Below are positions 13,299 to 27,400 of a stretch of 64,000 bases of DNA, one piece after another; the stretch's first letter is position 1; each line of letters opens with the position of its first letter. The stretch is from Girardia tigrina (Eukaryota), in the NCBI GenBank assembly GCA_001938485.1, contig MQRK01246274.1:1-64000 (forward strand), read 5' to 3'. The position numbers were made by a program, and so were the translations under genes. Below the pieces are notes generated by a model that was not told the origin of the DNA, made no database searches, and saw only the letters and a list, made by a program, of their open reading frames with translations.

Positions 13299-16200
13299 TC
13301 TATCTAATATGTATGGTATTAGACCCTATGTACAAACACTGACTCAAAAAAGGTTCAATGTTTCTAGAAAATATATTCTGATCTTGAAATGAATAAAATA
13401 TAATTTCATGCATTTATAAATTATTTTAAATAAAATAAAACTTCCGATATTTTTCATTACTTCTTTTATCATAACTAATCAATTAATTTAAACAAAAAAA
13501 GATCTCAAACATCTTTACTCAAATTAATCAAACAAAAAAAATATTTTGTCAATCAAACCTAAAACAATATTAACAAAAACAAATAGTAAAACAAAAATAA
13601 TGACAAATATCATCGAATAACATTAATAATAAATTCAAATAAATAAATAAAAAATAAATAATAAAAAAGTACAAACAATGATTAATAAAAATTAATTTAC
13701 GTTATTTTTTTAGTTTTTTTTTGTCTTTCGTTCTTTTTTCTTTTCTCCTAAATCTCATTTGCACTTTCACACAAAACAAACTTGATTGTTATAATTTTGA
13801 GTTTGCTTAAATCAGGTAAACTGGTTGCTCGAACAAAAGTTTATCGAAGGAATAATTAATTAATAATTTACCAACATATCTTGTAAATATTGAAGCTCGG
13901 GAAACCAGAGATGGATTCGCAATGGAAATGACCGCTTATTTATGTAGTTTGTTTGTTGAAGCTGGGTAATGGTATCGTTTTTGGTACGAGTTAATTATAA
14001 TGATTACTTGAAGCTAACCAATGTTTAGTCAATGTGATTAATTTTTTTTTCATTTCATATCGCTTTCAGAGATTTATAATTTATTAATTAAACAAAAATC
14101 TAATACAACTAAAACACAATGTCTTAAAGTTCCTCACATTATTTTTTTTGTTTTTTTTTTCAAAGAAAAGAAACTTTTTTTAGAATAATATAATGTATTA
14201 TAAAATATTTAAATTATTAAATATTATATTTTATTATATTATATTTTTAAATACTATATTTAATGATATTAAATTTTTTTAATATTATTTTTTATTATAT
14301 TATATTTTATTGTATAATATTCAAAAATATTATTTTTTATTGAATTAGGAATAAAGAAAAAAAGGTCATTTTTTCTGAAATTTTTATATTTTATTAATTA
14401 TGTGTGATTTTATTGGGATTTTTAAAATTTAAATAATAATAACTATAATAATCGAAAACGCAATTCCGGTGTGAAAAGTTTTTAAATTTAAAATTTCCCT
14501 TTTTTCGTGATTTATCTCTGTAAATTATTTACGATCTTGAGGCATAATTTTGAAGTGCCTTAATAAATTGTGAAAATAAAATCAACTTAATAAAATAATA
14601 AAATCAACTTATTCAATAGCTAATTACATAGTTTCAACAAAGTGGAAGAGAGGTTTGTTTGAATATTAATTAATGCCTTAAGGGATTCTATCAATAATAC
14701 CTCACAAGCGACATTCTCCCAATATTTTTTAAAATTACTACACAGTTTAAGGGGGATTTACCCCTTCAACGATTATGAGCGCTAACAGATTTAATGACGG
14801 TTATAGGCGCAGCGTAATGCGATATTGACACTTTGTTCTACCGCACAATGATTCAGATAAAGTGTGTTTTATTTTATTTTTGACAAATCAATTAAAGTCA
14901 CATACAACTAACAAGCGAAATTGAGTATCCGAAAGATCTCATCGCTTAGCGTCATGCCAAGTGAGTTCTTCACAACAATAATTTTCATTTTCATGTACTG
15001 AGCAGAAAGTTTAAATCAAAATTTAGATTTTTCTTCAACTTTTCAGAACATTTCGTCATACATCCTTCTGCCGATTCACTTTCAATGATACAAAATTTAA
15101 ATTTTCATATAGAGAGAAATCAGTTAAGGGTTTTGAAAAAAAAATCAGTTTTCTATGGATATCATTGACCACATCATGCACTTGATCTGATTTCTCCACT
15201 TATAGAGATAGACAAGTCCTTTCACGGTTGAATAACCTTTTTGATAGTATGCAATTCAGATATACATGGTGGACTGTTGTCTTTTTCGATGAAAATAATA
15301 TCTAAAAGATAAAGATTGATAGGTGCCACTGCACAATGCGATAATGATAAATCATGCAGAAGCACGTAAAAACTATCTGAATGATGGATGATCAATGGAA
15401 CCATTCGTTTAAATATCTATCTTGATGCTATATCATGGTTGAAGACGCATTGAAGTAATGTGACTTGCCAAAACAAGAGTCTTCAACATTTTTATATATT
15501 TAGATCTGTTGCAGATGGAACTAAATGATATTTTCGATAGATGGTGTCAGTTTTATTTCTCAACGTTTGGACGATCTGAATACAACTACAATTGAATTTA
15601 CTGACAAAAAAAACTTTCCTTTTTCCAGCGGCGTATAATTTGCTTCAGTTTAAAAAGCTTCATTTTTTAATTGTAACATCCATTTAGAGCGTAAAAAAAT
15701 GTTGTAGGGTGGTGACCTAAGAAGATATGTTACATGCTTTCTCGTGGTCACTGGTATTGAAAAAAACCTCCTTGGCAAATAAAAATCTCGTAAAATTTTT
15801 ACGCAGCTTTAGCTACCACACGTTTTATTCAAAGGAGAATATTTAATAAATATCAAATTGGTATAAATGAATTTTTTTATATTAAAAATATAAAAAAATC
15901 CTAAGAATCATTACTATTTATCATGATTGTTTTTTTAAATATCACTAAATTCTTTTCTTTTTACTTTCAAAATATTTTGTTAAAAAAAAATTCAAGTTAA
16001 AAATAACAATTTCCACAAAACCACTTCTTCAATTTCGTCTCCCTGAATGAACTCAAGTACAAGAATGAACTCGTAAATCGTACATTTCCTGACATTTCAA
16101 CCGAGACGTAATAAGATTTGGCAGAGAAAAAAAAACAGACAGAACGATTTGTGAAATGATGAATTAATATATTAGTAAAAAAAATTATTTATCTGATTTG

Positions 16201-16931
16201 AAATGGCACTTAATCAAATCACAAAGTCAAATAACAGATTGTTTTTTCCTCAAAAAATCCAAAATTTGGTTTGATAAAATTCAATCTACCATTTTTGATG
16301 ACACAAAAATACAACATTTTCTGTCTGGATTCGAAAAGAGAACATAAATATATTTGCCCGTCAATCAACCGGCAATGGGGAATTTGCGATTGACTTCACA
16401 ATTTATAATTATGGGGAAAACGGATCAAGGAAATCTTTGGGTTAATAGTCGAAATACAAAATTAAATAATATACAAGAAAAATATTTATATTTACACTCT
16501 ATCATTTTTCGACGCGATCGGTTCCTGAAAGTCGTTGCGTAAATAAATACAAATTTATTGCGAATATAGGCTTACGAAATGACATAGATGCAACAAATAA
16601 TTTCCATTTTTTTTAATATATGAACACTAAAATATCAAAAATATAAAATACAAGATGAAATAAAGTTTGAAATTCAAAATTATCTTATTCAGGTGTAAAT
16701 ATTTTTATTTATAACAAACAATTTTGTTTTGATGGGTACCCGTATCTAAAAATAATGACAGGATACGAGTACGTTATTAATCGGACAGAGTTGGAAAGGG
16801 ATAGCGAGTATCCAGTGGATAATTTGGGGGAGTAATATCCAACATTATCATCAAAATAAACGAAGAGAAATATTAATTTATACATTTTAGTTAACTATAA
16901 CTTATACATTAAAACAAATTTTAATTATCAC

Positions 16932-17387
16932 TATTAACAACATCACAATTTGAATGCAAACATTTATTGACAACACAAACAGATTCTTCACAACAATTCT
17001 CATTGATCATCTTTCTTTGATTGATATAGTTTTTTGTTAATATATTCAAATCTAAAAAAACAATGAATGGGAACCATTAATAATAAATTTTAATTTCTCA
17101 TAATTTTTATTGGATAAAAGTCATTACATATTTTTTTAAATAAACATTAATTTTTAAAATATATTACATTTAATAAGTTAAAATCATTTAGTGAAAATAT
17201 TATTAAAATTCATAATTATCAAACTTTAATTAATTAGTACTTAAAATTAATATCATTAAATTAATTTCCTTAGATTCAAATAATCAATCAATAAACATAT
17301 CAATCTCATCTGAGTAGGAGAGTCACAAATCTAAACAGCATACAAACAACAAACTTACAACATTCACAATTATCCCTCACAATCACA
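16932..17387 (-). repeat. Unclassified dispersed repeat family X, copy a
   Basis: Near-identical reverse complement of 28200-28648. Confidence 0.9.
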
Positions 17388-17569
17388 AATAATTAATCGT
17401 TGTCACTGTCTTACTTGTGTTGACTGATCCATAAGTGGTCTCTAATTTTGCATATTATATTCTATAAAACGTCATTGTTTGTATATTTTTGTCCCATTTA
17501 TTCTTTATGAAGTTCTTTGTATTTTAGCATACATAGTTGCAAATCGTTTTGAAACTGTCTGACACGCTG

Positions 17570-18130
17570 TGAATCAGTATAGTGTTCCAGAAAAAATTTC
17601 CAGTTTTTTTGTAATTTCAATCATTCATTAATCATTTCCACGGTCATTTATAAGACAACAACATCATTGTCGCCACTAGGTTCAGGCTGTTTTTGATCTT
17701 CCCCTACTTTAATTAAGTCTTCGTCATCTAGCAATCGGTTAAAAAAATTCGTTAAGATCTTCCCGTATCATATCAGAAAAAAGCTTTTGAGCATATTTCC
17801 GTAGCATATGCCAAATGAAGGATCTTGAAATAGTTGACTGAATCATTAAATTTATCTTTTGAAATACACTTCGGTCAAAGGTTTTTCCAGCATGCTTTCA
17901 AAGTGGAAGTCTTATTTCCGAAGGTTTAACTCTTTATTTTGTTCAAGCTGTTTTAAAAGGCATATGGAGATTCCTTGAAGAAGTACATTTTAAAAGCGAA
18001 TATAATTCCTTGGTCCGGAGGTTGAATAATAGATTCAGGGAAAATGTTTTTTTCTAAAATAGCGTTAAAGTAAAAAAACACGCGTAAAAATATTTTATGC
18101 TGCAATAAAAAACCACGTAAAAGCAAAATA
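17570..18130 (-). mobile_element. Degenerate pogo/Tigger transposase fragment
   Basis: SIIQPPDQGIIFAFKMYF (compare QPxDQGII..FK.YY) and STLKACWKNL. Confidence 0.65.
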
Positions 18131-20635
18131 GCAACTTGTTGACGGATAAGTTTTCTTTGAAATAAATTTTTTCTTGTCATAATCAAAAAGATAAAGTAAT
18201 TTTTTAAAAAAAAATCTTAGAATTTATTTATATTTTTTGTTTTAATTGAATAAATGTCTTCTTGTTTTGTAAGGTTTACTTTCAATAAAAAAATATATAA
18301 AATATAATATTTATATTACTATTTTCTACTTGTTTTCCTTGCGAAACTAATGGTTTTATTTCATTTATAATTGGATTTTAAACATTCAAACAAAAGCAGA
18401 CTCACTCAAATAAAATAATAAAATAATTAATTGACAAAAACTGGAATATTTTAATTCATTATAATTTATTCTCAATTTCAGTAGAACTTGAATAAAAAAA
18501 TTATTTCATTTTTTGTTCAAAGATAAAATATTTTTTATAAATATTACATTAATAATAAATTTAAAAACACTAGAAAAAATTTTTTTAAAAATTTTGTTTT
18601 ACTCTATTGAATAATATTATGAAAAAAAATATTTAATAAAATGAATAATGTTTAATTATTTATACAATTTAAATGGGAAAAAAAGTTTTAAGATATTTTT
18701 TCTATCAATTAATTTAATTAATGAATAAAATATTTTTCATTTTTAAAACCGTCAAAATGAAACAGTCAAAAATTGGGTCAAAAGTTTACTATATATTTTT
18801 AAAAATAATTAATATTTTTTTCCGTTTTTTTACATTAATATTCTTTAATTAAAAGAAATTAAATTAAAATTTTGAGAATTCAAAAATTTTTTGAAAAAAA
18901 AATATAATTTTTTCATCTTTAAAATGGAGATTTGAATATTTTTTATTAAATTAATTTATATTTTTATATCGTTTAGAGAAGCAATTGAGACTGATTTAAT
19001 GATGAATGTCTACACGATTTGTAAACACAAATGTTGTACCATTGTATACAATATTTCCTGATTTTGCTTTTAGTGTTTCAATTAAATTAAAGATTTTTAG
19101 TGTTCCAATTTTGGGAAAAATCGAATTTTTGTTCTTCTTAAAATTGAACTTTTTGATCTAGTTTCAAGATTCAAATGTACCAAAAGAATAGGAAAATCGT
19201 TGTCTTCTTGAAATGGGGAACAGTCTAATTATGTGATCTGATTAATAAAATGTGCTGTACATGGATCACTCGATTTCGTTACTTCGATCAAGTTTAGAAG
19301 AAGTCAAACAATTTTCTTTGATTCCGACAAAGAAAAAATTGCTTTTAGTTTTTTTTCCTCTGATTGTTAAATTTGCAAAAGTAAGAATACGCAAAATGTA
19401 AATTGAAATATTACTACAATCAATGCCAAGTTTTGGTAATTGATTAAAAAGTTGCCGCTTCCTTTCCTCCACACCACATGGCTTTGTAAATCAGCGCTTC
19501 TTGGGAGGAGATGAAGGAGAAAAAAATAGATTCACCGACGGATAAAAGGACCGATGAAATGTTGTTTGCTTCTAAAAAAAATACATCAAAACAATCCGGC
19601 GTCCTGAGCTTAAAAGTTAAAGTAAAGACATTTCTATAAGCATCCTGCAAATCGAAAACGTTTCAAAAATACAGTTATAGAAAAGAATGATAATTTAGTT
19701 TTCATTTAACCAATTTTTTCTTTACCAGAATATTAATAACAATATGCTTGTCATTCATATCTTCATCTATACCGAATTTAGTATTGAGGTTTGGTGGGTC
19801 TTTGCGAAAAGTTCGCTGCCTAATATTGGCCGATTTCAATAAGAACTTCTTTAGAACAACTGGCATATTTATGGAATGATGTTGAATATTTGATTTTTGG
19901 TCGATGGGGTTCGATATTTCATTTGTTAACCACAAAAAATTAACAAAACAAATCTTTTTAATACATGAAAACATAAACCTGTAGACGAAGTAACTAAATA
20001 ATAAGATAAAATGTACATTTAAATTGTTGAACAATTGTACGAGACGTTTTACACATTCGAAAAGTGATGTAAGTCTGCTACACAGTAATTAATATTATTA
20101 TACTTAATATATTTGCATTAAAAATTATAAATCCACAAGATTTTGTAACACTTTTGATATACAAAATTTACACAAATAATTTTCAGTAAAATTTACAATT
20201 TAAATAGAAATTGTTGAAACACAACACCTACCAAAGCTTTTTTTCTTTTCTTTTTTCCCTTTTCTTTTCTTTAGGCATCCAATTTTACTATGCCATTTAT
20301 ATATGATGGGTATTTATTATCATAAAAATAGACTTTCCTTTTTCTTGCTATAAAGAAAGTCTTTTTTAATACAGCTTCACTATATAATAAGTTTCATGTT
20401 AACATTTATCTGCCCTTGTTTCTTTCCAATAATTATAATATTCATGCATTTTTTAATAATGATAACTATTTGTAGGAATGGATTATTAGTTTTCGAAATA
20501 TGTTCCTTGAAAATCTATCATTCTATGAAATATTATTTAACACATTGACTGCTGTTGACATCATGCACCGAACGTCTGCTACGCGCGCTACGCGTGGGAC
20601 AAAAAAGTTTACTGCCGCGCCTTTTTAGCATTTAA

Positions 20636-20771
20636 CACATTGAATGCTGAGTACGACATATCTCGTACTTAGCGTCTTAGTAATGTAAGCCAAAGTACGA
20701 GATATCTCGTACTTAGCGTCTAACTAATGAATATTGAAGTACGAGATATCTCGTACTCAGCATTCAATGTG
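20636..20771. mobile_element. piggyBac-like MITE, 136 bp
   Basis: TTAA on both sides; ~35-bp TIR CACATTGAATGCTGAGTACGA(C/G)ATATCTCGTACTT; three copies of the palindrome AGTACGAGATATCTCGTACT. Confidence 0.85.
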
Positions 20772-21032
20772 TTAAGATTAAGAGACTTGATTTTAATTTT
20801 GAGATTATGTTTAGCTTTTAACAAAGGATGATCACAAGAAGCAACAAATTATGTGACATTTTTGTCTAAATTCAAAGCATTTATTTTCCAAAAATCTATA
20901 ATTTCCACAAAAAAACCTCATTAGAATAATCCAAATATCATTATTTATTAGGAGAATTTTCATTACTTGAATATGAATATGCATCAGTTTCTAAATCTGA
21001 AGAGATGATCACATATTATTTCAGAATAGATT

Positions 21033-21150
21033 GACATCCTATCTCTTTCGAATGGTATTGAGTCTCTAGGCTCTTTAGAGAGTCAACCCAAACTAAATCA
21101 CTAACAGCCCCCCTTGATAGGCCTCCTAAGGGCTCGAATAGCTTCGGTCT
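21033..21150. repeat. GC-rich structured element Y, copy 2
   Basis: Aligns by eye with 35589-35702 (aatggtattgag..ggctctttagag..acccaaactaaa..gataggcctccta). Confidence 0.8.
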
Positions 21151-24100
21151 CCAAGATTTATATCATCCATTATATTTTAGTAAGGATAATAAGAAAGAAG
21201 TTATAAAGTCTCATTTGAACAAAGAATATGTATTGGAAAAATGAAACTTTCAGGATGAAGAGATGGATGAGGAGAATAACTAATAATGATAATTTCAGTA
21301 GACCAAGTTTGCCACTAAACTGAAATTGGCTTTTTTGTAAATATTTAAGCAAAAGATAGAACGAACTGATGAATGGAATTGAGAGAAGTGGTTGCAACAT
21401 CAATATCAGAATTCATTTTTTAACACCACAATTTATTAATATCACAACAATTCACATCTTTAAACAAATTTTTCTGTTAATTTAATTATCTCGCCACAAA
21501 TTAATCTATTAAATTCTTTTCGATTCAATTTTTAAAATCTTGCAAATTTATTAAATAATTTCACATTAAAACTAAAAATTTATTTTAAAATTTATTTAAA
21601 ATTGTTTTATAACTTTTATTAAAATATATAAATTTTTATGACTGTAAAAATATTTTTATTTATAAATAAATATTTAATATTTAATGGTTTTCTTATCATT
21701 TTTAATTTTAAGATATTTAATAGATACATTAAAAAGATATTTTTTATTTTTAAATAGATATTTAATTTTTTTATGATTATCTTTTATTATATCATTTTTA
21801 ATTTTTAAAATATTTAAAAAACACATTAAAAACATATTTTATTTTTAAATACGTGTTTGATTTTTTTAATAGTTGCTTTATTAATTATTTATAATTTTTA
21901 AATATTTAATAAGCATATTAACATTAAAATATTTTATCTTTTAAATTAAAAAAATAATAAATTATTCTGGTGAGATGCAAATTTAAATTAACCCCTCATA
22001 GGAATGTTACTTAATTGATGAGTATTATCAAATATATGCTATTTTAGATGAAAAAAATCAAGATGAGAAAGAAGCGCGCAAAGGTACAGACATATGCGTA
22101 ACCGGTCCCGAAAGGGTTCATAATATTATAAAAGAAAACAAGTGATCTAATAAAATTGATAAATAAATATTATTTTATATAATATTAATTTATGATTTCA
22201 TACATATTTGTTCAATGATATTTAATATTTTACTTTTATACCGTGAAATAATTAATTTTTATTTTTATATATAATTAGTGGATTTTTATCATTTTAATTA
22301 CTGTTTTCTGGAATTTCAAAATTGAGACAGGAAATTTTTCTGTTTAGTAGAGGCACGTAGATTTGCAGATTTGAGACTCACTTCCTATTGAAATGGTTTT
22401 CCCGTAAAATTGACTTCGTCGAGAAACATTGTTGAAAAATAAAACGTATAAAACTGTATCAAATCGTATAATCAGTTGGAAAAACGGTAGGTTTTTGTTC
22501 TTTGCTAATTGATGTGAAGTGGTATAAAAGTTTTTTTCGACTGAGTATGTGGATCAAATAAAAAATGAAAGTATTAAAAAAATAAAATTAAAAAAATTAA
22601 TCTTTATTAAAATAATTAAAGAATATTTGTTCTTAACATTAATGAAAAATAAATTTTATTGCTTTAAAATAAAGAAAATACGGATAGTGCAACAGGAAAT
22701 CCTCGTATTTATAACTTTAAGAAGAAGAAATAAAACGGGAATATTATTAGATTACTAAATTTATGGCTTTTAATTGAGTTTTCTTGGTTCTTTTTGCTGC
22801 GCAAAAAGTAGAATTTGTGGCGATGCCAAAAGTATAAAAACGATCAAACACATTTTTGATTGATATAAGATTAAATCGATTGCTGCAATATTGTCATACA
22901 ACGGAGGAGAATCTTCTGGCACCAAAATAATATTTATTATTTTAATACACTGAATTTATTTTGTCATTCATTATTTCAAGAACGAAATCCACATTAAACA
23001 CCTTTAATATTCATTTAAATCCTTTTAAGGAAATAATTTTTATTTGTTATTTAAGGTAATGCTGAAATAATTATTTTTTATAATAATATTTATTTATTAA
23101 GGATCAAAACGTAGAGGATTAAATAAAACTCACCTTTAACCCCATGATTAAATCTATAAAAATTACATCTCATTCTTAGAAAATATATCTTTTAATAATA
23201 ATAAGGAAACTTGAATTTATAAAAAAAAACGATCCGAACAATATGAAAAGGGTTCAAAGATCAAGTTGTAATGATGAAATATATGATAAACATTGTTTAT
23301 TAAATCAAATAAATCACATAAAATTTAATACAATCTCATATTCAAATAGACAAATATTTTAACGAAATAAGAAAAAAATAAAAAAAAATAAATATTAATC
23401 ATATTCTAAAAATAACAGAAACTTGATGAAATATTTCAATCAAATCTTCGAAAAAATATTCAAAAACACAGAAAGAAAAATAATTAAATATAATTATAAT
23501 AGAAAATTATATAATAAAAAATATTTTAAAAAATGTGTTATTTTTTGAAAATTTAATCCTCATTATCTCTAATTTGGAATTATTTGAAATTTAAATATTT
23601 AAAATCTAGAATTTGTTCTCTAAAAATCAATCTTGCAATCTTTTTTTGTGAAATCCCACCATTTAATGAGAATTATTTCCTAAAATTTCTTGTCTTTAAT
23701 CGTCTATGAATTCATTCTCAATATCAAGTAATTTTTAAACAATAAATTTATTTTTTAAAAAATAATAATAATAAGTTATTATGTTGACTAATTTATTTGA
23801 AAAGGTTTTAAAAGGAACTTTTAAAAAATTAGATGATAATGATGGAAGGTCTTCCAGATGGTAACTTAATATTATTTAGAAATATTTTTTAAGGCAGCTT
23901 TATAACATTATATTATTTCTAAGATAATTCTTTAAATATAATATTTTGAAATATATATCCACCTTTAAATCTACTTTTTATATTCTAGTTACAATATTTC
24001 TAGAAACCAAAACATTTAAATCAATATTCAAATATTTTTTTATTATATATATATATATATATATATATATNNNNNNNNNNNNNNNNNNNNNNNNNNNNNN

Positions 24101-24751
24101 NNNNNNNNNNNNNNNNNNNNATATATATATATATATATATCCTAATATTTATTAATCAACAATTTAAATTATTTTTTCTAATTAATTAATTCATATTTTT
24201 TCATTAGTTGTTCTTTTTAAAAATAAATAATTTTAATTAACATTTACCACAAAAAAAACATTTTGTTTTTTAATTTTCCAAATTGAAAATTATAAAACAA
24301 AAACCAATTTTAGTTTGTAATTTTTCAATTTTATTTATTTATTTATTTTTGACAAAGAAAAAAAAACGTCTATTGAAATTAATTTATTTAATTATCGGTA
24401 TTTTAGTCTCGTTTTAATAAACGTAGAACTAATTTCTTTTCTCCAAGAGAAATGTTTGATGCTCCATTCGAAAAAAAAGAGTGTGAAAGGAAGCAAAAGA
24501 GTGAGTCAAAGTTAGCAAATTTTGCTGATTCATTCGGAGAAAAAATATAACGATCGTAGAAGAAAGTGAGGCAGACGACAGCTGGAGAATGGAATTTGTC
24601 ATAATTTTAGAACTTTTATTAATAATAATATTATCATTATCATTATTACAAGAATAATTATAATATATCATCATTCAATAATAACTAATCTATTTCTCAT
24701 AATAATATTATTTATATAAATAATGATATAAAAATAAAAATAAAACCGCAC

Positions 24752-25024
24752 GACTAATCCAGCCTCCTCCTGGGACTCGTGGTGGAACTCGTTCGGCATA
24801 TAAGTCAAATTATATCCGATATCTTTACACATTGGAATCGCAATGGGAACGCACTTATTCGGCCGAAAGTTCTCCCGGTTTGATCGGTCGGCACTCGCTC
24901 GATCAATTGCGATCTGATTGTTCGCCAAATGTTTGGAAGCCGAGCTCAACTTATCGTCACCGATTTGTGATCCATAGGAAATGAGCAAAAGATACGGTGA
25001 AAGTAAAATAGAAATGGAAATCAT
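24752..25024 (-). CDS. fzd5/8: Frizzled (Fz5/8-like) coding exon 1: signal peptide and start of the CRD
   Basis: 91 codons: [18 protein letters not shown] (hydrophobic signal) ... [34 protein letters not shown]. Followed by donor GTGCGG (24751-24746). Matches the Fz5/8 CRD pattern CxxIxIPxCxxIGYNxTxMPNxFxHxxQxEAGL. Confidence 0.93.
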
Positions 25025-25299
25025 TTTTTGCGTTCAGAAATAATTGTTTTTTTTGTATTGAAGAAAAAGTGATTTTCTTTTTCTCCTCCCGAACTTTTAT
25101 TGTTTTTTTTGTTTTATAATGACATTGTTCGCTTGTTTTTTTTGGAGAATGAGAGAGTAGAAGTGAATGAGAGAGAATCAATGGAAACCAATATGGCACT
25201 TTTTTCCTATGTAGAATTGAGATTATTTAATAATTATAATAATGATAATGATAATTCTAGTCGAATATCGAACAGAAATGATAATTCTGTAACGGGCAT

Positions 25300-25590
25300 C
25301 TTAGTCGTTCTATTATAAACATATCGGTGTGTATGCAGGTAAATTGAGCTGCTGCATACCCGTTGCAATTTTTCTTCACTGCCAATGCCTTAATGAGCAC
25401 GTATTTCACTGAGAGACACATACACACACAATGTTCCAGATAACACTGCAAACACACACACACACCCGTATCTAGTGTGTATCGCGATTTATCTTCTAAA
25501 AATGATAGACAGCCAATCCATCTGGCATGACTCTTAGTGCAGGTGTGTTTCTCTAATAATATTTTACTAAATTCTGATTGGTGGAAAAAC
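25300..25590 (-). promoter_or_regulatory. Putative frizzled promoter region
   Basis: Lies upstream of exon 1; locally GC-richer; CCAAT boxes (agccaatc ~25511, ctgattgg ~25574); (CA)n tracts at 25418-25465. Confidence 0.4.
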
Positions 25591-26939
25591 TTGTTCTCAA
25601 TTTCTTCTAAAAATGCATTTCTCCTGTCACTTTACGATATACCTTTCAATAATAATTAGCAATTTAAGAAAAGAAAATGTCTAGAAAATATAACTAAACA
25701 TTTTTTTATAAGTAATCTAATTATTTATAACTGAAATAAAATAAGAATACTGATAATAAATAATAATAAAAATAAATTATAATTTTTTTTTAAATAATAT
25801 TTTTCTATTTATTTTTTTATTATTTTCTTTTGTTTCTTTATTTTTTTTGTTTTGTTTTTGAAAATGTAGTTTCCATTCTATTTCAATTAGTGTCATGCAG
25901 ACATAAAATTGCAGTCAGAAATTGGGAAATTTAATTCAATTAAATCATCTTTGATCTTCATCCGTCAGATAACCATGGAAATAAAATTTATAATTAAAAT
26001 GTTTTGTTTTTTTTATTTTTTTTAATTTATTTTTGAAAAAAAAATACAAAATTTACTCGGAAAATGATGTAAAAGAAATTTAATTAATTGTATTAAATTG
26101 ATTGGTCTGTAAAAAAACGAAAAGATTATGTTTATTTTCACATTTTAGAATTTTTTTCCTGGTAGGGTGGGTGATGGATGTTTATTATAATTTTATAAAA
26201 TAATTTGTAAAAAATGATTGGTGGAAATTTTCGATACAATAAAATAATGTACATAATTATTTTAAAAATTATTAAAACGTTTATTAAAAAATTATAAAAT
26301 AAAAATATCATTATTGTCATCATGCTGAAAATTTAATCATCATTAACTTCTTAAAGTGTTAATATTTTTTTAAAAAAGATATGATCGCCATACTTATTAA
26401 GATCATATTTCTAATATCATTTTCAGCAACGATAAATTTGCATAAATTATTTAAAAAATATTAATAAAATTATAAATATTATTTGTTAAACAGTCATTTT
26501 TTAATTTAAGATTTTTGGTGTTGAATTATAATTAATGACTGTTTGGACTGTCTTATCGATCTAGATTCACAGAACTGCCGCTTGTATAAGCTTATAAATT
26601 ATAAAGTTAATAAATTATGAAAATACCTCATAAACTTACATAGTAAGTGAAGAACTTAGCTGAAAAAGAGCAAAACAAGGTCACTATTTTGACCCTTCAA
26701 CAACTGCGAATAGAAATATAAAACATGGACAAAGTAAATTTTACCGTGAAGTAATGACAACAAAATAAATATTTTTGTTAAACATGTCAAACATTATTGA
26801 GGTTAGCTCAGTGGAAGCGAGTAAAATTAAACTTTGAATAATATTTCGTCTCTGACACTTTTAACCATTCCGGGACCTAATGCTGCCGCAGAGGATTTGG
26901 CAATTATACACTTCTCCTTAATTCTTCTGATTTACCTGG

Positions 26940-27400
26940 TAAGTTAAGTCGTCAAAAGTAAAACTGGATCACATTTATAACGAGAAAGCCTCCTAACGCT
27001 TTTGTTTTTGCTTTTCATTCAACTCATATAGAATCTACTTGCGTTCCAAAACGACCCTGAGAATCATTATTGAGGTTAAAATTACCTGAACTAATTTAAG
27101 ACTATCTGCTACGTAGTAGCATTGATGTGAATATCGTATTGGTGTTTCACATGGTTTCTGATGCTGAAGTTTCACGTAAGAACTCGTACTTCATAATACT
27201 TCGAATTTTTGTCTTTTCTATTTTGTAAAATATTAAAACAAGCTATCAATAATTTTATTTAATTTTTATTCATGTGTTCAATATTCAAGATATGCAGCAA
27301 TCAAACAAAAAACTTAGCAACAAAATGATAAGCCGTTGTCAATTATAACTATTTGAATCTATAGTAATCAGGTCTACGAATGACATACTTGACAATCTGA
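26940..27400 (-). mobile_element. Deleted mariner, same family as 40372-41215
   Basis: TIR ta|tcagattgtcaagtatg; remnants IMKYEFL and YELNEKQKQK are shared with the 40.4-kb copy. Confidence 0.75.

Larger units (their letters stand above)
6505..24751 (-). other. 18.2-kb GT-AG intron of the frizzled gene, filled with TEs
   Basis: Canonical GT/AG ends; splicing restores the AGL(V)|VHQF motif in frame. Confidence 0.85.

Noticed and set aside
21018-21417. 15-bp TSD around Y copy 2 (atttcagaatagatt / atatcagaattcatt)
   Set aside because: Only 12/15 identical in AT-rich DNA, and family-X homology runs through the putative boundary, so it was not used as evidence.
24957-25199. 80-aa uORF overlapping the frizzled start
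   Set aside because: It begins with GTG rather than ATG and consists of low-complexity UTR sequence.
22100-26877. piggyBac-like ends (ggtcccgaaagggtt at ~22105; ttaaccattccgggacc at 26861) bracketing frizzled exon 1
   Set aside because: They face outward, so they cannot define one element carrying the exon.
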